Of a DNA stretch of 64,000 nt, positions 56,832-64,000 are shown one piece after another. Made by a program: the position numbers and the translations under genes. Location of the stretch: positions 61,054-125,053 of IMG/VR virus record IMGVR_UViG_3300020156_000448; one strand, written 5' to 3'. Within the stretch, counting starts at the first letter, position 1, and each line of letters starts with the position of its first letter. Under the pieces are notes generated by a model that did not search any database, was not told the origin of the DNA, and saw only the letters and a program-made list of their open reading frames with translations. The stretch comes from a virus.

Positions 56832-57809
56832 CTAAATGTCCTTTATGCCGTTTAATATTGTTGTTGCCCAGTGGTCCCATGTAAGCTTGCTTAAGGCTGT
56901 TTTTCTTCCATGCTCTTTAATATCATTATAACTATTGTAATTAATAAGAATATTATCAAGTTGTTTAGCTGCTATTTCTGAATCCCAATCCAAAACAACA
57001 CAGTCTTTTTGTAAGTCTAAAACTTTATCTAAATCCTTCACATGGTCTATCGCGAGTAGTCCGCCGCTTCCAAGAATTTGGCAAACCCTCTCATTGATGT
57101 ACTGCGAGCCATCTGGTCTTACATGTGTGCAAATATTAATTTTGCTATTGTGAAAGACTTTGTTAGAATTCTCAAAACTAACCCAGCCTTTATAATTGTC
57201 AGGAAATATGTTTTTAAAACTTTCCGATCCGTAGATATTTACTTTTCTGTGAGGAAGAGCTTCTATGATCGATGTAAGGAGTTTTTTCCTATCATAATGA
57301 TGATATTTAAAGAGGGGGTCTGTATATAAATTAGTACAAACAATACTTATATCACATGTATAGTCGTCATCTTTGGCTGGGAAATGGATTTCTGGATCAA
57401 ACCCTGGAGGACAATAAAGTGCGTTGCATCCAAAATAATTATAACGACTTACCGAGTCAGCGCAACAACTAAATGCCATATCCAGTAAAGCACATTTTTC
57501 TGGCATCTCTTTATGAACCTGCCATTGAAATGGGTCATCCCAAGAGTAAAGTATATGCTTGCATTTAATATTTTTCTTTATATAAGACAACTGCTTTGCG
57601 CTAAGCGTTTCTGCTCTCCACCATAGAACTACATCAGGATTTTGAGACTTCAAATCTTTTAATATTTGAACATGATGAGTTTTGCCTATCTCAGTTCTAT
57701 ATTGATAAGCGGGAATAAAATCCACTTGCACCCCAAGCTTCTCAAGAGCCTTTGATGCTCCTAAGAAACCATCCGCCAAGTGAAAGGCTCCCACTAAACT
57801 TATCTTCAT
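56832..57809 (-). CDS. CgeB-like GT-B glycosyltransferase
   Basis: WDDP, GFDPEIH, SKINI, NERVCQILGSG and TWDH. Confidence 0.8.
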   Translation of the reverse strand: MKISLVGAFHLADGFLGASKALEKLGVQVDFIPAYQYRTEIGKTHHVQILKDLKSQNPDVVLWWRAETLSAKQLSYIKKNIKCKHILYSWDDPFQWQVHKEMPEKCALLDMAFSCCADSVSRYNYFGCNALYCPPGFDPEIHFPAKDDDYTCDISIVCTNLYTDPLFKYHHYDRKKLLTSIIEALPHRKVNIYGSESFKNIFPDNYKGWVSFENSNKVFHNSKINICTHVRPDGSQYINERVCQILGSGGLLAIDHVKDLDKVLDLQKDCVVLDWDSEIAAKQLDNILINYNSYNDIKEHGRKTALSKLTWDHWATTILNGIKDI

Positions 57810-57880
57810 TAAATAGCTCCAGTTAATATTATAGTTTATATACGCTGTGGACGTATAATAATACCAGTGAGGTCAATCAA

Positions 57881-58846
57881 ATGAAATTAACTTGCATAAC
57901 TAATAAGGGCTGGAGCGGTGTAGTAGAAGCTCTTAATACCACAGTAAAAATTGTCGGCAGCGGCAGATGCTTGTGGGTTGATGATGATATAAGAAACAAT
58001 TTTAGAATATTCAATATACTTAATGAGATCGAATCTGATATCATACTGGTTGGCGGTTATGGACCGATAATTAATGGTTTAATTAATACGGGAGCAAACA
58101 AGAAAAGCAAGGTTGTAGTGCTTTGGTGTAGTAACATTCTTCAGAGTGAACTGACTGGTGAAATGGATCAATTTAACATGATTTTATCAATGTTAAGAGC
58201 AAAAAGGATTCATTCATTGGCTTTTATTGAAAAAGAATCCTATGTAGCAATGAAGAATCTTTTTCCTAAAGAAAATTTTTCCTACATGCCTGTCGTTCCT
58301 ATTGATAGGAACGTTGAAAATAAGGCTGTATTTCCAGATGATTCTTTTAACGTCGATGTTTTTTGCACGCCCGATGGTAGAAAAAATATCTATAATCAAT
58401 TGCTTGCCTTGCACGATATCTCCAAAGTACATGTTAATTATAGTAAGCCAAGTTATGTAAACTTGGTAAAAAACTTTCCAGGTATTATTAACCACGGAAG
58501 AATGAGCCTTTCTGATTTGGACACTTATAGTGCTGGAATGAATCTATGTTCCCAAGTTAGTATGAATGAATCATTTAATTATGTTGCCGCTGATCATATG
58601 TACATGGGAGTTCCCGTATTGGCTTCTAGGTTTGTTCCAGCAGTGTTTGATACATCCAGCGAATTAATTCATAAACATCTTATTGTCAATAATCCTATGG
58701 ATACTCAAGAGATTAAAGAGAAATCTTTATATATAAAAAACAACAAAGCTTTAAACAAAGAGTTAGGGGAAATTAGTAAGATTGAAATTCAAAAAATTCA
58801 TGAAATAAGAAGAGCCGACTTATTAGAAAGCATTGCGTCCCTATGA
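57881..58846 (+). CDS. Divergent GT-B (GT4-like) glycosyltransferase
   Basis: RKNIYNQ and SMNESFNYVAADHMYMGVPVL (the ExF..V..E motif with Asp). Confidence 0.7.
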   Translation: MKLTCITNKGWSGVVEALNTTVKIVGSGRCLWVDDDIRNNFRIFNILNEIESDIILVGGYGPIINGLINTGANKKSKVVVLWCSNILQSELTGEMDQFNMILSMLRAKRIHSLAFIEKESYVAMKNLFPKENFSYMPVVPIDRNVENKAVFPDDSFNVDVFCTPDGRKNIYNQLLALHDISKVHVNYSKPSYVNLVKNFPGIINHGRMSLSDLDTYSAGMNLCSQVSMNESFNYVAADHMYMGVPVLASRFVPAVFDTSSELIHKHLIVNNPMDTQEIKEKSLYIKNNKALNKELGEISKIEIQKIHEIRRADLLESIASL

Positions 58847-59931
58847 AAATATTGTTTGTAGGAAGATTCTTTTATCCCGAATTCGGAGGCGGAGAATTTT
58901 ACATAAAGAATGTGCTTAAGTATCTTGTTGATAAGGGTCATTATTGTACTGCTATGTGTTTTTATGACGGAAATACAAATCAAAAATTTACAAAATCGCA
59001 AGCACTAGTGGTTGATGGAATAAGGGTTCTTCAATCTCAGTGGTGTAATCCAATTCAAATTCAAAACGTATGCAAAGCCTCTGGCTGCGACGTAATGATT
59101 ACCCAGTCTACAGATTCTATGATGTTTTTACAAGCCGCTAAGCAAGTTGGTGTAAAAACTGTATTTGGTATCCACTTCTATAATGAAATCTGCTCAATGA
59201 CAAATGGTGGTCTTTATGTGAATGTTTTAAATGCTTTGCCAGAAGAAATTAAAATTGATCCAAATCAGCAAAAGCCATTTAGTTATTGTGATGAATTCTT
59301 TGTTAATTCAGATTATATGAGTCAGGTGGTTGAAAAATATGTAGGCAAAAAACCAAAACATGTTATTTATCCCCCAATTAATAAAGATTTTATTGCGCAA
59401 GAAAAAAAGCCCTCTCATGTGACGTATGTTAATCCATGCATAGGAAAGGGTATGGGTGTATTTTATAGCGTTGCTAAAAAGTTGCCAAATATACAATTTA
59501 AAATGCTGGGCGCTTTGGTAGATAAATCTCCCGTTAACATTAGAGTCTATGAAAATATAAAAAAGCTGCCCAATGTAGAAATTCTAGATACCGTTCAAGA
59601 TATGGGCAATATCTATCGATCTACTAAAGTCTTAATGACTCCCTCATTAGTCGATGAAACCTTTTCTATGGTGACTCTAGAAGCTTTGATGAATGGAATT
59701 CCTGTAATTGCCTCTAAATTCGGCAATCTACCCTACTTGTTAGAAAAGGGCGGTTACTGTTTGGATGTAGACAACATTAATGAGTGGGTTGACAAAATTA
59801 ATATTCTATTCAATAATCAAGACGAATACGACAAGGTTGTAAAAGAAGGAATGGAGCAAATAAAGAAATACGATTCGGAAGTCCAATGTGAAAAATTTCT
59901 TTCCATGCTAGAAGGCGTTGTAAGTGGGTAA
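58843..59931 (+). CDS. GT4 glycosyltransferase
   Basis: FYPEFGGGE, KG and PSLVDETFSMVTLEALMNGIPVIAS. Confidence 0.9.
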   Translation: MKILFVGRFFYPEFGGGEFYIKNVLKYLVDKGHYCTAMCFYDGNTNQKFTKSQALVVDGIRVLQSQWCNPIQIQNVCKASGCDVMITQSTDSMMFLQAAKQVGVKTVFGIHFYNEICSMTNGGLYVNVLNALPEEIKIDPNQQKPFSYCDEFFVNSDYMSQVVEKYVGKKPKHVIYPPINKDFIAQEKKPSHVTYVNPCIGKGMGVFYSVAKKLPNIQFKMLGALVDKSPVNIRVYENIKKLPNVEILDTVQDMGNIYRSTKVLMTPSLVDETFSMVTLEALMNGIPVIASKFGNLPYLLEKGGYCLDVDNINEWVDKINILFNNQDEYDKVVKEGMEQIKKYDSEVQCEKFLSMLEGVVSG

Positions 59932-60946
59932 AAAACTAACTGCCGTTGTTCATCATTATTATCCTGCCGTTGGCGGGGCAGAATTATCTTTACATAAAAA
60001 TCTCTCCAACTTGGTTAAAAAGGGATATGAATGTAGAGTTTTGTGCTTTATGGATAATGATAGTAGACCTTTTTCTGAAAGAAGAGAGTTTAATATTGAT
60101 GGTGTTGAAGTGATTCAATGCAAATTTCCTACCGAAAAAACATTCATTCAAGATAGTGTCAGAAATACAGATGTTATCATTACTATGCTTACGATGTCAC
60201 CGATCATTGTGCCTTATTGTCGAGAAATGAAAAAACCTATAATCAACATAGCATGCGATGAGATTTGTTTTTCAAATGGCAATATTGTAAACTCACTTCT
60301 ATACTCCAATATTGTGTTAGCAAACAGTGAATATACACAAAAAAGACTTAAAATAAAAGGTGTTGATAGTAGAATTTTTTTTCCTGATTTTAATCGATAC
60401 ACATCTAATGAAAAATGCAATAAAAAACATATTCTTTTCTTTAACCCTAGAAAACACAAGGGTCACGATATTGTAAAAGATTTAGTCTCACGGTTTGATA
60501 AATATAACTTTGTTATAGCTGGGTCAGATGGGTATGATGTTTGGACCAAGAAAAATGTAGAAAAATTAGAAGCAAATAACGTTCAGTATGTAGGTAATAT
60601 TGAACGTGCTGAAGTTTTGGATAATTTGTATAGAGAGGCGATAGTAACATTGGTTCCCTCTCAAGTTCCAGAAACCTTTAGTATGGTTGCTGCGGAATCA
60701 ATATGGAGAAATACTCCCGTTATAGCTTCCAGGTTTGGCGCTCTTCCTGATACTGTAGGCAAATGTGGCATAATTGTATCTGAATATACAAATCCATCAA
60801 GTTGGATGATTGCCCTCCATTCTTTTATGGAATCTAAGCCTACATATAATTTTGATGAGCAAAAGACTCAGCTAGATAAGTATTCTTCTTTGGAGATTTT
60901 GGAACAGTCTATCGAAGAAAGCATTAGGAATGAAAATAAAGTATAA
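59924..60946 (+). CDS. GT4 glycosyltransferase, paralogue of the upstream gene
   Basis: YYPAVGGAE, HKG and PSQVPETFSMVAAESIWRNTPVIAS. Confidence 0.9.
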   Translation: MGKKLTAVVHHYYPAVGGAELSLHKNLSNLVKKGYECRVLCFMDNDSRPFSERREFNIDGVEVIQCKFPTEKTFIQDSVRNTDVIITMLTMSPIIVPYCREMKKPIINIACDEICFSNGNIVNSLLYSNIVLANSEYTQKRLKIKGVDSRIFFPDFNRYTSNEKCNKKHILFFNPRKHKGHDIVKDLVSRFDKYNFVIAGSDGYDVWTKKNVEKLEANNVQYVGNIERAEVLDNLYREAIVTLVPSQVPETFSMVAAESIWRNTPVIASRFGALPDTVGKCGIIVSEYTNPSSWMIALHSFMESKPTYNFDEQKTQLDKYSSLEILEQSIEESIRNENKV

Positions 60947-61973
60947 AGCCCCTATTGAAGATAGGTCTGGATTAGGTGAGGCTAGTCGCCGTATATATAA
61001 GGCTTTATCCTTAGTGTTTGCAGAAATCGGAGTAGAGAAAATAGATATCTCTTCTGGTCCCGCTCACATAATTCCTCAAATACCTAATCCTCCCATCTAT
61101 AACAGCATTGAAGATTATGATGCTGTGGTAATCTTCTGCCCTCCGTATCAATTCAATAGATTTATTGAAAACGGCAAAAGAAACATAGGATATACTATGT
61201 GGGAAACAGATAAAATAGATACGGGGGATTTTTGCAAAATAGATTTATTGCTTGTGCCAACTTACGACAATGCTAATGCTTTTATGAAGGTCCATAATAA
61301 TGTCAAAGTTGCTGCTATTCCTCACAGTGATACCTTTAGCCATATTCCAAAAAATTCAAAGTATACATTCTATTCTATTTTTGATTGGACGGATAGAAAA
61401 AGCCCCATGGAAACTTTGGCTGCTTATTTTTTAGAGTTTCAAGACGATCCAGAAATATCTATGATTTTTAAAACAAACTCAAAGCCCAATATTGACATGC
61501 AGATCAATCGCCTAAAGCAAACTATGAAACTTTCTAATTTTCCTCATTGCGAGATTATTAGTGATAGTTGGTCTGAGTTTCAAATAAAAGAACTTCATCA
61601 AAAAAGCCATTGTTACGTTTCTCTCTCCAAAGGGGAAGGTTGTAATTTACCTCTTATGGATGCAGTATTTTATAGGAACCAAATTGTTTCTACCAACTGT
61701 GGATTTGTGGAATATCTAAGTAATCATTCCAATCTTTACGAAGTATCAGGAACAAAAGAGCCAGTGTTAGGAATGTCTTTCTTTCCTTATGTGGATGCCA
61801 CTCACAACTGGGTCGTCCCATCTATTACGGATGCACGTAAGAAAATGAGATATGCTTACAGGCTTTTTAAAGGTAAAGCAATAGACGACAATTTATTAAA
61901 ATATGAGACAGATAAATTGTATACAAAATTTAGTCCTCAAGCTATTGGCGATATAATCAAAGCATCAATTTGA
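60930..61973 (+). CDS. GT4-like glycosyltransferase, paralogue of the intein-containing GT
   Basis: SGLGEASR, IGYTMWETD, RKS and CYVSLSKGEGCNLPLMDA. Confidence 0.85.
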   Translation: MKIKYKAPIEDRSGLGEASRRIYKALSLVFAEIGVEKIDISSGPAHIIPQIPNPPIYNSIEDYDAVVIFCPPYQFNRFIENGKRNIGYTMWETDKIDTGDFCKIDLLLVPTYDNANAFMKVHNNVKVAAIPHSDTFSHIPKNSKYTFYSIFDWTDRKSPMETLAAYFLEFQDDPEISMIFKTNSKPNIDMQINRLKQTMKLSNFPHCEIISDSWSEFQIKELHQKSHCYVSLSKGEGCNLPLMDAVFYRNQIVSTNCGFVEYLSNHSNLYEVSGTKEPVLGMSFFPYVDATHNWVVPSITDARKKMRYAYRLFKGKAIDDNLLKYETDKLYTKFSPQAIGDIIKASI

Positions 61974-62025
61974 ATATAATCAAATCTGGATTGTTTATAA
62001 AGTAAATGATTTAGATGGTGATGAA

Positions 62026-62907
62026 GTGCCTGAACGTGCCGAAGTGGAAGTAACTAAAAATGATATATCAGCCATTACAAGCAACTGGCAACTCATTGGA
62101 TACAAAATCTTATGCGATAAGATAAGTATTAATGAGTCTCAATTAGAAAATGCAATCCAATCTCACGATAATCACTTAGAGTGGAGTTGTTGGGGTAAGC
62201 GGATTGTGCTTCGCATTGGTGATTATGAAAATGCGCCTCATTTAATTTTTGGTTTAGGAATGACAGGCTCTTTTACAATTAAAGAAGCTGATTGGTACGA
62301 TAAAAAACAACATCCTAGATTCTCTCTTATATATAGAGATGGTTCCAAAATTAAGCAGTTGGTATTTTGTGACGTGAGAAAATTTGGAAAGGTTTTCTTC
62401 CGAGATAAGGAAGATGATTTTCCTAAAATGTGGGTGTTTGATATTGGTCCTGGAAAGTATCCAGAAAATATCCGAATTGCAACTTTTGAGAAACTCTTAA
62501 ATAGGTGTGTAATCACAAGAAGAGTTAATAAGCCTATCAAATCATTTCTTTTGGATCAGAATGAGTTTGGCGGATATGGAAACTACATGGCTTGCGAGGT
62601 TTTGTTTAGGGCAAATATTCATCCAGAAACCAAAGTCAGAGATTTGACTACAGAGAATATATCAAATATAAGAAAAGAAACTTTCGAGTTAATTGATGAA
62701 ATGATTTCTCTTGGCGGAGTCACGCTTAAGGATTTTGTGCGACCAAACGGAAAATATGGCAAGGGCATAGAAAATTTAAAAGTATATGGCAGAAGAAATA
62801 AGCCATGTTTAAGATGCAATGATAGCATCGAGTATATAAAGCTGTCAGGCAGGGGTACTTTTTATTGTCCTTCATGTCAGCCTTCATTAATAACTATAGG
62901 TAAGTAA
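62026..62907 (+). CDS. mutM: Formamidopyrimidine-DNA glycosylase (Fpg/Nei family)
   Basis: N-terminal PE.AEV, GK, LGMTG, DVRKFG, LLDQ...GYGNYMACEVLF and a C-terminal Zn finger CLRC...RGTFYCPSCQ. Confidence 0.9.
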   Translation: MPERAEVEVTKNDISAITSNWQLIGYKILCDKISINESQLENAIQSHDNHLEWSCWGKRIVLRIGDYENAPHLIFGLGMTGSFTIKEADWYDKKQHPRFSLIYRDGSKIKQLVFCDVRKFGKVFFRDKEDDFPKMWVFDIGPGKYPENIRIATFEKLLNRCVITRRVNKPIKSFLLDQNEFGGYGNYMACEVLFRANIHPETKVRDLTTENISNIRKETFELIDEMISLGGVTLKDFVRPNGKYGKGIENLKVYGRRNKPCLRCNDSIEYIKLSGRGTFYCPSCQPSLITIGK

Positions 62908-62912
62908 CATAT

Positions 62913-63503
62913 ATGATAGACACATCTAAAGTAGCGGTGATTTCTCTTTACCGTGAAAATATCGTTAAGGCTAAGGATTTAGCCAAGAAGTTTGCCAAAT
63001 TCGACAAATGGGGCAATACCAAGTGGGGGTATGGCTTATTGAATGAGGGCAAAGAAAAGAACCGTGCTGAGTTTGTAGGTATGTGCGGAGAATTAGCATT
63101 TTCGGATTTCACTTCTCTTCCTGTAGATGAAGAAGTAAAAGCTAAAGGCAATGATTATGACTTTGAAATTCCTAACTCAGGTTATAAGATTGATGTAAAA
63201 ACTCATGCCAAAGATTATGGTTGGCATTTTATTAAAGCCGCCAATAAAGCTAACAGCGCACTTCTTCCATTGAAGTCCGACATCTATGTATTTGCAACAA
63301 TTAAAAAAGAAGCAGATGCTGAAGTAATTGTAGAATTGAATGGCTGGATTACTAAAAAGACGATTGAAGATAATGCTGCTGACAGGCTTGGTCCTGCTAT
63401 GAAGGGCGAACACATCAACTACTATATTCAAAAAGAAGAGTTGCAACCAATGAACCTACTCGTTGATCTTTTAAATAAGTACAGAGAAATTCAGGGTCTG
63501 TAA
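62913..63503 (+). CDS. PD-(D/E)XK nuclease-like protein
   Basis: GMCGELAF...YDFEI...KIDVKT. Confidence 0.55.
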   Translation: MIDTSKVAVISLYRENIVKAKDLAKKFAKFDKWGNTKWGYGLLNEGKEKNRAEFVGMCGELAFSDFTSLPVDEEVKAKGNDYDFEIPNSGYKIDVKTHAKDYGWHFIKAANKANSALLPLKSDIYVFATIKKEADAEVIVELNGWITKKTIEDNAADRLGPAMKGEHINYYIQKEELQPMNLLVDLLNKYREIQGL

Positions 63504-63577
63504 AAATCACACCGCTATAGTGAATAGCCCATGTAGCTAGTTGTACTCATAGGTAGAATAACGAAAAGGATTCTACA

Positions 63578-64000
63578 GTGAATATCAAAGAGCAAATTAA
63601 GGCAGACAGACTTCGTGCTAGAAAAGATCGTGACGAAGTAACTACAGGAACCTTAACATACATTATGGGACAGATTGAGCTACAGGAAAAAAGCCCTAAT
63701 GCTCCCAAGGATGTTCCTGTAGCTGTGATAAAATCTCATATTAAGAGTGTTAAAGAGAATGTGGAAGCAATTGGCAAAGAGTCTGACCACGCTAAGGCTG
63801 CATTTGCTGAGATTGAGTTGCTTCAGAAATATTTGCCTGAGCAGATTACTGCTGAAGATATTAGAAAATTCTGTACGGGTATGTGTGGCGGCGGTGTCCG
63901 TAACAAGGGTGAAATTTTGAAAGCTATCAAAAACACCTATGGCGCTGCTGTTGATATGAAAGAGGCAAGTCAGATTGTCGCGGAGTTCGTCAATGGATAA
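63578..64000 (+). CDS. GatB/YqeY-domain protein
   Basis: IKEQIKAD...ARKDRD, EIELLQKYLPEQIT and G...DMK.AS. Confidence 0.85.
   Translation: MNIKEQIKADRLRARKDRDEVTTGTLTYIMGQIELQEKSPNAPKDVPVAVIKSHIKSVKENVEAIGKESDHAKAAFAEIELLQKYLPEQITAEDIRKFCTGMCGGGVRNKGEILKAIKNTYGAAVDMKEASQIVAEFVNG

Noticed and set aside
397-63446. Numerous 60-130 aa ORFs antisense to, or nested within, long genes
   Set aside because: They are shadow ORFs of well-supported genes, with no motifs or ribosome-binding sites.
1-64000. Interpretation as an ordinary bacterial chromosome segment
   Set aside because: Housekeeping homologues are highly diverged, split or shuffled and interleaved with phage-type genes (gp32-like SSB, dNMP kinase, phage-type ThyX) and orphans, with no ribosomal, transport or central-metabolism operons. 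A megaplasmid or other large element cannot be excluded because no virion genes are in the window.

Overview
The window is very gene-dense, AT-rich DNA read with the standard genetic code. It is best explained as the replication/metabolism arm of a very large (jumbo/mega) bacteriophage or phage-like element rather than a cellular chromosome: it carries highly diverged replisome genes, a gp32-like SSB, a T4-type dNMP kinase, a Cas4-like nuclease and many small Zn-ribbon ORFs, and no ribosomal or RNA genes. No virion structural genes are recognisable, so phage identity is an inference. From 1 to 46.2 kb all real genes lie on the minus strand. They encode a near-complete but rearranged bacterial-type replisome (DnaN, short DnaX, HolA, a split DnaE, a split DnaG whose Zn-finger is fused to a degenerate uracil-DNA-glycosylase domain, DnaB, and a Walker-A-degenerate DnaC), recombination genes (RecA, RuvC, Hel308-like helicase), nucleotide supply (NrdJ, ThyX, dCMP deaminase, dNMP kinase), ClpC/ClpP/McsA, three sigma-70-like proteins, a SpoVS-like protein and three lipoproteins. 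An ~850 bp non-coding region at 46.2-47.0 kb, where gene orientation flips, holds three consensus DnaA boxes, short direct repeats and three regularly spaced CGCTNCGCT motifs, and is a candidate origin. Beyond it lie a metallophosphoesterase, an SF2 helicase, DnaJ, and an ~11 kb all-soluble glycan-synthesis cluster (6 GT-B enzymes, one with an intein, Gmd, a pyruvyltransferase and 2 methyltransferases), then Fpg, a nuclease-like ORF and YqeY. All calls come from motif recognition by eye; no searches were run.
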